Counted from the first letter of the stretch, positions 17,360 to 26,275 are shown. The stretch is DNA of 26,494 bases from Gammaproteobacteria bacterium (GCA_020027415.1 JAHRAW010000047.1:1-26494); one strand, 5' to 3'. The notes: generated by a model from the letters alone, not told the origin. Numbers and translations are program-made.

Positions 17360-18646
17360 ATGTCGCTCGCTGCTGACAAACCAGACTGCCGACCATTTGA
17401 TGTCGTGGTCGCCGGCGCCGGCTTAATCGGCGCAGCCAGTGCTTGCTTGTTCGCGCATCAAGGGCTCAAAGTGGCGTTGGTGGAAGCGCAACCGCAGTCG
17501 CAACCAAAACCACAACCGCAAGCGGCGCAATCATCGCAACCGCGCGGTGCCTTCCCGCCGGACGCAACCGATGCGCGCGTCAGCGCAATCAATCTTGCAG
17601 TCGGCAATTTATTCACCGCGTTAGGCGTGTGGTCGCGCCTGAACCCGAAACTGCTCAGCCGCTATCACGCGATGAAAGTATGGGATCGCAACAGCGCGGC
17701 GAAAATTTCGTTTCGCGCCGACGAAGTGGGCGTGGGCGAAGCATGCCTCGGTTATATCATTGAGAACCGCGTGATGCGTGCCGCGATGCTGGCACAACTG
17801 CAACAAAGCGCGCATGCCACGGTGCTGCATAATACTGCGGTAACGGGCATCCAACAGAACGGCGCGGCAACCGTGACGGTCACCCTATCCGACCAACAAA
17901 TCGTCACCCGCTTGTTGGTGGGCGCGGACGGCTGCCATTCCCGCGTGCGCGAACTTTGCGGCATATCCACCCAGTTCTTTGATTTCGCGCAGGACGCCAT
18001 CGTCGCCACCTTATCCGCCGCCCGCGGACATCGCGCCACCGCCTGGCAGTGTTTTTTGGCAACCGGTCCGGTGGCGATGCTGCCGTTGGCGGATGCGCGC
18101 TGCGCGCTGGTATGGTCGTGCGACCGCGAGCGAGCGGGTGCGCTGATGCAATTGAACGAAACCGAATTCTGCGCGCGGCTGCAGCCGCTGTTTTTGTCTG
18201 AACTCGGGGCGCTCAGCGACCTCCAACCGCGCCGCCGCTTTCCAATTGTGCAACACCATGCCAGTCGCTACATTGCCGATTCGGTCGCGCTGGTCGGCGA
18301 TGCCGCGCATAGCCTTCATCCGCTGGCTGGGTTGGGCGCCAACCTCGGCTTTATGGACGCCGCCGCGCTCGCCGAAGTGGTCGGGCATGCGCATCGCCAC
18401 GGGCGGCATATCGGTCAATACAGCGTGCTACGACGTTACGAGAGATGGCGGCAGGGCAATAACGCGCTGGTGCTGGCGATGATGCGGGGCTTCAAAGAAA
18501 TTTTCGGCAGTCGGCGCCGCGCCGCCCAAGCGATTCGTAGCGGCGGCATGAATTTGGTTGACGCCAGCCCGGCGTTGAAAACCGCGCTGGCTAAATTCGC
18601 CGGCGGCGGGTGCGGCGATATCCCGTTGTTGTGCCGCCGCGCTTAG
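17360..18646 (+). CDS. ubiI: UbiH/UbiF/VisC family FAD-dependent hydroxylase, positionally UbiI (VisC)
   Basis: Motifs AGAGLIG, RVSAIN, GYIIENR, GADGCHSRVR and VGDAAHSLHPLAGLGANLGFMD. Follows ubiH as visC does. Confidence 0.82.
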   Translation: MSLAADKPDCRPFDVVVAGAGLIGAASACLFAHQGLKVALVEAQPQSQPKPQPQAAQSSQPRGAFPPDATDARVSAINLAVGNLFTALGVWSRLNPKLLSRYHAMKVWDRNSAAKISFRADEVGVGEACLGYIIENRVMRAAMLAQLQQSAHATVLHNTAVTGIQQNGAATVTVTLSDQQIVTRLLVGADGCHSRVRELCGISTQFFDFAQDAIVATLSAARGHRATAWQCFLATGPVAMLPLADARCALVWSCDRERAGALMQLNETEFCARLQPLFLSELGALSDLQPRRRFPIVQHHASRYIADSVALVGDAAHSLHPLAGLGANLGFMDAAALAEVVGHAHRHGRHIGQYSVLRRYERWRQGNNALVLAMMRGFKEIFGSRRRAAQAIRSGGMNLVDASPALKTALAKFAGGGCGDIPLLCRRA

Positions 18647-18720
18647 ACGCTTAGACTAGTTTAGACTCGCTTCGGTTTGCGTCGTTCGGTTCGTAATTCG
18701 CTTCGCTCAGCTCGATTCGC
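18643..18720 (+). repeat. Degenerate micro-repeat spacer: TTAGAC three times, then TTCGN-type pentamers
   Basis: TTAGAC at 18643, 18651 and 18661, followed by ttcgg/ttcgg/ttcgt/ttcgc/ttcgc/ttcgc-like units. Confidence 0.55.
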
Positions 18721-18760
18721 TGCGTTAATCCACTCCGCACGGCGAGCCAGACCGCAGCAA

Positions 18761-18788
18761 CCTGACGCGGGCTAATGTCATGTATACT
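18761..18788 (+). promoter_or_regulatory. Possible sigma70 promoter for fur
   Basis: CTGACG-N16-TATACT, 55 nt upstream of GTG 18844. Confidence 0.45.
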
Positions 18789-18843
18789 GCATAGCGGCAT
18801 GCATACCCGCCGCCCTATCCAACCACTCCCACGATCATCTCCC

Positions 18844-19263
18844 GTGCCCGGCAGCACCGACCTCAAACAAGCAGGGTTAAAAACCACCCGCCCCAGATTG
18901 CAGGTGCTGGCGGTGCTGGAAAATAGCGAGGTGCGGCATATGGCGGCGGAGGATGTCTATAAAATTCTGCTGGAAAACGGGCAGAACATCGGGCTGGCTA
19001 CGGTGTATCGGGTGCTTACCCAGTTTGAAAACGCGGGGTTGGTCATCCGCAATAAATTTGAGAGCGAGCGAGCGGTGTTTGAACTCAATGACGCCGCCCA
19101 TCACGACCACATGGTTTGCATTGAGTGCGGCAGCGTCGCCGAATTTTTTGATGCGCGCATTGAAGCCCAACAAGACAAGGTGGCGAAACGGCATGGCTTC
19201 ATGCTGCACGACCACGCACTCACGTTATACGGCAAGTGCAAAAGTTGCGCCCGGACCTCCTAA
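18844..19263 (+). CDS. fur: Ferric uptake regulator
   Basis: Motifs LKQAGLKTTRPRLQVL, IGLATVYRVLTQFE.AGLV, HHDHMVCIECG and a C-terminal CKSC. Start placed at GTG 18844 to match family length. Confidence 0.95.
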   Translation: MPGSTDLKQAGLKTTRPRLQVLAVLENSEVRHMAAEDVYKILLENGQNIGLATVYRVLTQFENAGLVIRNKFESERAVFELNDAAHHDHMVCIECGSVAEFFDARIEAQQDKVAKRHGFMLHDHALTLYGKCKSCARTS

Positions 19264-19299
19264 CCCTAACGCAACGCCGCCCTCCTTTCAGGAAACGCT

Positions 19300-20262
19300 G
19301 TGCCCACCTTAATCACCGGCTCGTTCGCTTATGACACCATCATGGTGTTTCGCGACCAGTTCAAAAATCATATCCTGCCCGACCGCATGCATATGCTTAA
19401 TGTATGTTTTCAGGTGCCGGAGTTGCGGCGGGAGTTCGGCGGCTGCGCCGGCAATATCGCATACAACCTGAAACTGCTCGGCGGCGAACCGCTGCCGATG
19501 GGCACGGTGGGCAAGGATTTTGCGCCGTATCGCAAGTGGCTTTGCCGACACCATATTGAGGTTACGCATATTTCCGAAATTGCGGACACCTACACCGCGC
19601 AAGCATTCTTGACCACCGATATTGATAACAATCAAATTGTCGCCTTTCATCCCGGCGCCATGCAACACGCCCGGCAACAGCAAGTGACCGATGTGACCGC
19701 CGGCGCTGATATTCGCCTTGGCATCGTCGCGCCGAATGATAAAAACGCCATGCTGCAGTATGTAACCCAATTCCACGCGGCGGATATTCCGTTTATTTTT
19801 GACCCCGGGCAAGGGCTGCCGATGTTCACCGGCGACGAGTTGGCGCGGTGTATTGAGCGGGCCACCTATATCGTCGTCAACCACTATGAAGCCGAACTGC
19901 TGCAACAGAAAATCGGCAAAAACTTAGCGCAAATCGCCGCGCGCGTGGCGGCGTTGGTGGTCACGCGCGGCGGCGAGGGCGCGGATTTTTACCACGATGG
20001 ACATGTCATGCGCATCCAGGCGGCGCATGTTAAAGCCGCCAAAGACCCGACCGGTTGCGGCGACGCTTTTCGCGCCGGCTTGTTATATGGTCTCGCCAAG
20101 CAACTGGACTGGCAAACCAGCGGGCAAATCGCCTCGCTGTTGGGCGCCATCAAAATAGAACACCCCGGCACGCAGAATCATCGCCTTAGCAAAGCGCAGT
20201 TTGAAAAGCGGTATAAAGAAAATTTTGGCGCCACTCTACGCCTTAACTCTTTAACTCCCTGA
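19300..20262 (+). CDS. PfkB-family carbohydrate/nucleoside kinase (adenosine-kinase-like)
   Basis: Motifs GSFAYDTIM, EFGGCAGNIAY, FDPGQG, VTRGGEG and the PfkB signature DPTGCGDAFRAG. Confidence 0.9.
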   Translation: MPTLITGSFAYDTIMVFRDQFKNHILPDRMHMLNVCFQVPELRREFGGCAGNIAYNLKLLGGEPLPMGTVGKDFAPYRKWLCRHHIEVTHISEIADTYTAQAFLTTDIDNNQIVAFHPGAMQHARQQQVTDVTAGADIRLGIVAPNDKNAMLQYVTQFHAADIPFIFDPGQGLPMFTGDELARCIERATYIVVNHYEAELLQQKIGKNLAQIAARVAALVVTRGGEGADFYHDGHVMRIQAAHVKAAKDPTGCGDAFRAGLLYGLAKQLDWQTSGQIASLLGAIKIEHPGTQNHRLSKAQFEKRYKENFGATLRLNSLTP

Positions 20263-20286
20263 CTCATACACCGCTTGGTTAAACCC

Positions 20287-21507
20287 ATGAAACCAAATAT
20301 TAAAAGCCGTACTGTTTTTCTCGGTGACAACATAGATTTCCTGCGCGGCATCAATTCGGCATGCGTGGATTTAATTTACGCCGACCCGCCGTTTAATAAA
20401 AAGAAACAATTTACCGCGCCGATTGGCTCGGAGGCCGAAGGCGCGAGTTTTTCGGATTACTTCGGCGCAGAGGATATTAAGGATGAATGGGTGGAGGAAT
20501 TGCGGCAGGAGAACCACGAATTGCATTCGCTGTTGATCGGCGTCAACGCCATGGGCAATTCGTATAACTACTGCTATCTGGTTTATATGGCAATCCGCTT
20601 AATTGAATGCCACCGAGTTTTGAAATCCACCGGCAGTTTTTATTTGCACTGCGACCCGACCATGTCGCATTACCTAAAATTATTGCTGGACTGCATATTC
20701 GGCGGCAAGCAATTTCAAAATGAATTTATCTGGTATTACGGCGGCGGCGGCGCCGGCAAAAACCGCTGGGGGTGGAAACATGATGTGTTGCTGTTTTTCA
20801 CCAAAAGCGCGAACTGGACTTTTAACATGGACGCGGTGCGCGTGCCGCATAAATGGAGTCAAGGGCAGTTGCGCGCCGACGGGTCACAGCGGTCGCTGGA
20901 GAAGGGGAAAATTGCCGATGATGTGTTTGTTCGTCATGGCGTAATGCCATGGAGCAAAGAGCGCACCGGCTACCCCACGCAAAAACCGCTGGCGTTGCTG
21001 GAGCGCATCATTTCCGCCTCGTCCAACCCCGGCGATTTTGTGCTGGATCCGTTTTGCGGCTGCGTCACCACCTGCATCGCCGCCGAACGTTTGGAGCGCA
21101 ACTGGGTCGGCATTGATGTCGCCAGAGAAGCGTGGAAGCAAATTGAACAACGCTTGGAAAAAGATGTGCCATCTGATTTACTGCGCGGCGAAGCCAATTT
21201 TTCCCGCACCCCGCCGCAACGCGGCAAACAAGATGCGCGTGCGAAAAAATATGTATATGTGATCAGCAATCCGGCGTACCCAGGCATCTACAAAGTCGGC
21301 GTGGCGACCAACGCCGAAGCGCGATTAGCCAGTTATCAAACCGCCGACCCAAAGCGACGCTATCAATTGGAATTTAAGATTTTGACGGCGGAATATAAAA
21401 CCTTGGAGCCGCATATTCACCGCAAGTTTGACGGCGACCACGAATGGGTGCCGGGCAAGTTGGCGGATATTATTGCAGCAATGAAAACCTACCAAGCGCC
21501 GGCGTGA
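20287..21507 (+). CDS. Beta-class N6-adenine/N4-cytosine DNA methyltransferase fused to a C-terminal T5orf172/GIY-YIG-like domain
   Basis: Catalytic motif IV IYADPPFN precedes YPTQKP and motif I VLDPFCGC (beta order). The last ~90 aa contain YVYVISNPAYPGIYKVG..RLASYQTADP..LEPHIH..HEW. Start at ATG 20287 (TTG 20275 alternative). Confidence 0.88.
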   Translation: MKPNIKSRTVFLGDNIDFLRGINSACVDLIYADPPFNKKKQFTAPIGSEAEGASFSDYFGAEDIKDEWVEELRQENHELHSLLIGVNAMGNSYNYCYLVYMAIRLIECHRVLKSTGSFYLHCDPTMSHYLKLLLDCIFGGKQFQNEFIWYYGGGGAGKNRWGWKHDVLLFFTKSANWTFNMDAVRVPHKWSQGQLRADGSQRSLEKGKIADDVFVRHGVMPWSKERTGYPTQKPLALLERIISASSNPGDFVLDPFCGCVTTCIAAERLERNWVGIDVAREAWKQIEQRLEKDVPSDLLRGEANFSRTPPQRGKQDARAKKYVYVISNPAYPGIYKVGVATNAEARLASYQTADPKRRYQLEFKILTAEYKTLEPHIHRKFDGDHEWVPGKLADIIAAMKTYQAPA

Positions 21508-21520
21508 TGAGGCAGGCGAG

Positions 21521-21580
21521 ATCCCACCGGGGAGATGGGGATGTTCGCAGTATCTCCGCCCGTTTCACCCACTTCTCCGG
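21521..21580. other. Imperfect inverted repeats between the convergent methyltransferase gene and the tRNA (possible terminator region)
   Basis: CCGGGGAGATGGG pairs imperfectly with CCCACTTCTCCGG. An inner GGAGAT/ATCTCC pair and ATCCCA/TGGGGAT offer alternative pairings. Confidence 0.35.
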
Positions 21581-21607
21581 ATGTGTCGGCTGGTAGTGGC
21601 ATAGAGA

Positions 21608-22646
<1,039 letters not shown>

Positions 22647-22667
22647 GGTTTTCTCCGCATGCAACAT

Positions 22668-23204
22668 TTAACCGCCCGGCTCACCGCGGCGCGGCGCATG
22701 CCGCCGCCAGCCAAAGCCATCGCAGAATAACAGCACAGCGCCGATGAAAATCGCGCTGTCGGCGAGGTTGAAGGCGGGAAATCGCCAGCCGTGATAATGC
22801 AACAAAATGAAGTCTATGACATATTGATGGCTAACGCGGTCCAGCAGATTGCCGATTGCGCCGCCTAATACCAACGCCAACCCATAACACAGCATGGCTC
22901 TTCGCGGCGGCGCGCGCCACAGCCACGCCACCAATAGCAACCCGATCCCGGTCGCCAAGCCGCCCAAAAAATAATGCTGCCAGCCGCCGGCTTCGGCGAG
23001 AAACCCGAACGCCGCGCCGCGATTAAACACTAAGGTCAAATGAAAAACCGGCAGAATCTCCAACGGCGGTCGCCCGAATAAATTGAGCAGCGCCGCGTAT
23101 TTGCTAACTTGGTCAAGACCGACCACCACCGCCGCAAGCAACAGATAACCGATGAAACGCCGGCTTTTAGTTTCCCGGGTTTCGGCTTGGGAAAGTATGT
23201 TCAT
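22668..23204 (-). CDS. lspA: Lipoprotein signal peptidase II
   Basis: Motifs LDQVSK, FNRGAAFGFL, GAIGNLLDR, VIDFI and PAFNLAD. Confidence 0.95.
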   Translation of the reverse strand: MNILSQAETRETKSRRFIGYLLLAAVVVGLDQVSKYAALLNLFGRPPLEILPVFHLTLVFNRGAAFGFLAEAGGWQHYFLGGLATGIGLLLVAWLWRAPPRRAMLCYGLALVLGGAIGNLLDRVSHQYVIDFILLHYHGWRFPAFNLADSAIFIGAVLLFCDGFGWRRHAPRRGEPGG

Positions 23205-24145
23205 GCGGCGCTTGCGCGTAACATTTGTTTGGCGATTTGAACATCTTGTGCCATGCGTTTTGTGAGCGTAGCATAATCGTCAAACTTTTCCTCGTCGCGA
23301 ATTTTTTGCCTGAACTCCACGCAAACTCGCCGACCATACGCCTCGCCGTGATAATCAAACAAATGAACTTCCAACAAATTTTTGGGTTGCGAGGCGACCG
23401 ATTTCAGCGTCGGGCGGGTGCCGAGACTGGCGACGCCGGGCATAGCATCGCGCTCCAAACCGCGCACCCGCACGGCGAACACGCCGCTGAGCGCCGGGCG
23501 ATGCCGAACCGCGATATTGAGGGTCGGAAACCCCCACTCTCGCCCGCGCCGTTGACCATGCATGACGCGCCCCACATAAGTATATTTGCGCCCCAATAAC
23601 TGCTCGGCTTGGTGCAAACGACCGCCGCCGAGCAATTCTCGCACCCACGTGCTGCTGACGCGGCGGTCGTGTCTCTTCAAGGTGTCCGCGCGCTCCACTT
23701 GATAGCCATATTGCGCCGCGTGTCGGCTCAGCATATTCAAATCGCCCACTCGTTTGGCGCCAAACCGAAAGTCATCGCCGATTAATAAATACTTCATCCG
23801 CAACCGCTCGGCCAGATAAACGCGAATAAATTGCGCCGCGTCGGTGCGCGCCAACTCGTCATTGAAGCGCAGGCTGAGCATCATATCCACGCCGCATTCC
23901 TGCAGCGCAAAAAACCGCATGGAAGCGGTGGTTACCCTAACCACCGCATCAGCGCCGCGAAAATATTCTTGCGGATGCGGGTCAAAAGTCATCACCACCG
24001 CCGGCAAGTTGCGTTGTGCGGCGCGCTGCCCCAAGGTTTTCAAAATTTCGCGATGCCCCAGATGAATCGCATCAAAGTTGCCGATGGTGAGCGCGCAACC
24101 GGCGCGCGGCAACGCCGGGGAATGTATGGAGCGAAGCAGTTGCAT
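23201..24145 (-). CDS. ribF: Bifunctional riboflavin kinase / FAD synthetase
   Basis: Motifs IGNFDAIHLGH, GDDFRFG, SSTWVR, GFPTLN, LEVHLFD and IRDEEKF. Confidence 0.95.
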   Translation of the reverse strand: MQLLRSIHSPALPRAGCALTIGNFDAIHLGHREILKTLGQRAAQRNLPAVVMTFDPHPQEYFRGADAVVRVTTASMRFFALQECGVDMMLSLRFNDELARTDAAQFIRVYLAERLRMKYLLIGDDFRFGAKRVGDLNMLSRHAAQYGYQVERADTLKRHDRRVSSTWVRELLGGGRLHQAEQLLGRKYTYVGRVMHGQRRGREWGFPTLNIAVRHRPALSGVFAVRVRGLERDAMPGVASLGTRPTLKSVASQPKNLLEVHLFDYHGEAYGRRVCVEFRQKIRDEEKFDDYATLTKRMAQDVQIAKQMLRASAA

Positions 24146-24152
24146 GCGCTTG

Positions 24153-25712
24153 TTAGGAGCCGGCTTGGGCGCGCCACATGGCTTGAAGCCGCAGCCCCAT
24201 CAACCGCAGCGCAATGAAATACACCGCGCCGCCGAGCGCGACCCAAAGCACCAGTTCAAGCGCGCGTTGCCCGCTTGAGCGCGCCAGCCACGCGGCGGTG
24301 TCGTCGCCGCCCCAGATGAGCAACAAGCCCATGCCGAGCGACGCCGCGCACACTTTGGTTAAGAAGCCCGCCCAACCGGGCTCGGCGCAATACACCTTTG
24401 CTTTTTTCAACTCCACATACAATAACGCGGCGTTGAGACAAGCCGCCAACGAAGTCGCCAAGGCTAAGCCGACATGCCGCAGCGGATATACCAACAACAA
24501 ACTCAACACCATATTGCACGCCATTGCAATGATCGCGATGCGCACCGGGGTTTTGGTGTTTTGGTGCGCATAGAAACCGGGCGCGAGAATTTTCACCAGC
24601 ACGATGGCGGTTAACCCGACCGCATAGGCGACCAAACTGGCGGCGGCGTTATACACCCCGTTTTCGGTAAAGCCGCCGTGGAAATAAATGGTCGCGATCA
24701 GCGGTTCGGCGAGGACGATGAGTCCCACGGTCGCCGGGATGCAGACCAGACAAACCCAGCGCGCCGCCCAATCCAGGGTTTTGGAAAACGCCGCGCCGGT
24801 AGCGCGCTTGCGCGATAAATTCGGCAAGATTACGGTGCTGAGCGCGAGCCCAAACACGCCCACCGGAAATTCCATCAAGCGGTCCGAATAGTACAGCCAC
24901 GATATGCTGCCGGTCACTAAAAACGAAGCCAGCAAGGTATTAATTAACACATTGATTTGCGCGACCGACACGCCCAACATTGCCGGCAAGGTCAATCTGA
25001 ACACTTGCCCGACCCCGGCTGCCGCCACCGCGTCTTGCCGCCGACGCCGCAGGCGCGGGCGCAGGCTGAGTTGCTCCTTGCGCAAGAACGGAATCTGAAA
25101 CAGCAGTTGCACCAGCCCCGCCAACGCCACGCCAATGGCGAGGGCGATGGGCGCGCTGGAAAACCACGGCACCAATATCAGCGCCGCGCCAAGCAGGCAG
25201 ATATTCAACAAAATCGGCGTGGCGGCAGGCGCGGCAAACCGTCCGCAAGCATTCAACATGCCAGCCGCCATGGCCACCAATGAAATGAAAAACACATAGG
25301 GGAAGGTGATGCGCGTTGCGTTGACCGCCAGTTGATATTGGTCGGGATGTTGCAAAAAACCCGGGGCAAGCAGCGCCACCAACAACGGCGCCGCCAACAC
25401 TCCGAGCGCCGAAGCCACCAATAAAATCAACCCAAAGCGACCCAACAATAACTGCACAAAACGCTCGGCATCGTTTGCCGATTGGCGCATGCGGGTATCC
25501 ACGAACACCGGCACAAACGCGGCTGAAAAGGCGCCCTCGGCGGAAATTCGGCGGAAAAAGTTGGGGATTCTCAACGCCACAAAAAACACATCCGCCGCCG
25601 CGCGGTCGCCTAACAAATGGGCGAACACCACATCCCGCAGCAGCCCGGAGACTCGCGACAAAAATGTCATGGCGCCGATGACCGAAGCCGATTTGATTAA
25701 TTTCGCCGCCAT
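24153..25712 (-). CDS. murJ: Lipid II flippase MurJ (MviN)
   Basis: Motifs SRVSGLLRD, PNFFRRISAEGAFSAAFVP, YYSDRLMEFPVGVFG and FYAHQNTKTP. Start placed at ATG 25712. Confidence 0.95.
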   Translation of the reverse strand: MAAKLIKSASVIGAMTFLSRVSGLLRDVVFAHLLGDRAAADVFFVALRIPNFFRRISAEGAFSAAFVPVFVDTRMRQSANDAERFVQLLLGRFGLILLVASALGVLAAPLLVALLAPGFLQHPDQYQLAVNATRITFPYVFFISLVAMAAGMLNACGRFAAPAATPILLNICLLGAALILVPWFSSAPIALAIGVALAGLVQLLFQIPFLRKEQLSLRPRLRRRRQDAVAAAGVGQVFRLTLPAMLGVSVAQINVLINTLLASFLVTGSISWLYYSDRLMEFPVGVFGLALSTVILPNLSRKRATGAAFSKTLDWAARWVCLVCIPATVGLIVLAEPLIATIYFHGGFTENGVYNAAASLVAYAVGLTAIVLVKILAPGFYAHQNTKTPVRIAIIAMACNMVLSLLLVYPLRHVGLALATSLAACLNAALLYVELKKAKVYCAEPGWAGFLTKVCAASLGMGLLLIWGGDDTAAWLARSSGQRALELVLWVALGGAVYFIALRLMGLRLQAMWRAQAGS

Positions 25713-25845
25713 GCCGGTGCCTGGTATTCTCGCTGTTGGTGGTTCATCCGCGTTGGCAACTCGCAACTTGTGGGAGAGGCGGCGGCGGCGCCGCTTGCCT
25801 AACCCGCAATTTCAATTGATTTGGTTTCCATGAACTGGATATCGC

Positions 25846-25874
25846 TTGACTTTTGCAACCCGATTGCCAATACT
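25846..25874 (+). promoter_or_regulatory. Sigma70 promoter for rpsT
   Basis: TTGACT-N17-AATACT. RBS GAGGA at 25923-25927. Confidence 0.75.
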
Positions 25875-25933
25875 TGCCGCTGTTTTGCAAGCACTATCGC
25901 AACTAACCATCACCCAACCGACGAGGAATCACT

Positions 25934-26200
25934 TTGGCAAATTCGCCGCAGGCGCGCAAACGAGCGCGTCAAAATATCAAACTTCGCCTTCACAACATGA
26001 GCCAACGCTCAGCGTTGCGTACCGCCATCAAGAAATTTTTGAAACTGGCGGGCGCGCAGGATCGCCCAGCCGCCACCACCGCCTACCGCGACGCAACCAT
26101 TTGCATTGATCGCTCGGTGTCAAAAAATTTGCACCATAAAAATCGCGCCGCCCGATTGAAAAAACGCCTTAACAATCGCTTGCGCGCGCTCGCCGCCTAA
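25934..26200 (+). CDS. rpsT: 30S ribosomal protein S20
   Basis: MANSPQARKRARQ..RSALRTAIKK..HKNRAARLK. TTG start as in other gammaproteobacteria. Divergent from murJ. Confidence 0.97.
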   Translation: MANSPQARKRARQNIKLRLHNMSQRSALRTAIKKFLKLAGAQDRPAATTAYRDATICIDRSVSKNLHHKNRAARLKKRLNNRLRALAA

Positions 26201-26229
26201 GCGACAACCAAGCGCAACATTGTAGCAAT

Positions 26230-26264
26230 AAAAAAAGCACCGCCCGAAAAAGCGGTGCTTTTTT
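26230..26264. terminator. Bidirectional Rho-independent terminator
   Basis: AAAAAAA-GCACCGC-ccgaaaaa-GCGGTGC-TTTTTT between rpsT and the convergent gene. Confidence 0.9.
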
Positions 26265-26275
26265 GTGGTTGAAGT

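Noticed and set aside
18771-18789. Fur box autoregulating fur
   Set aside because: The best alignment I found matches GATAATGATAATCATTATC at only 10 of 19 positions.
18651-18887. Minus-strand 78-aa ORF as bamE or a tmRNA tag-like peptide (ANYEPNDAN..)
   Set aside because: No signal peptide or lipobox, overlaps the fur 5' end and is translated from micro-repeat DNA. No tmRNA ends and no hydrophobic ..LAA terminus.
24146-24152. FMN riboswitch or separate regulation upstream of ribF
   Set aside because: Only 7 nt separate murJ and ribF, leaving no room.
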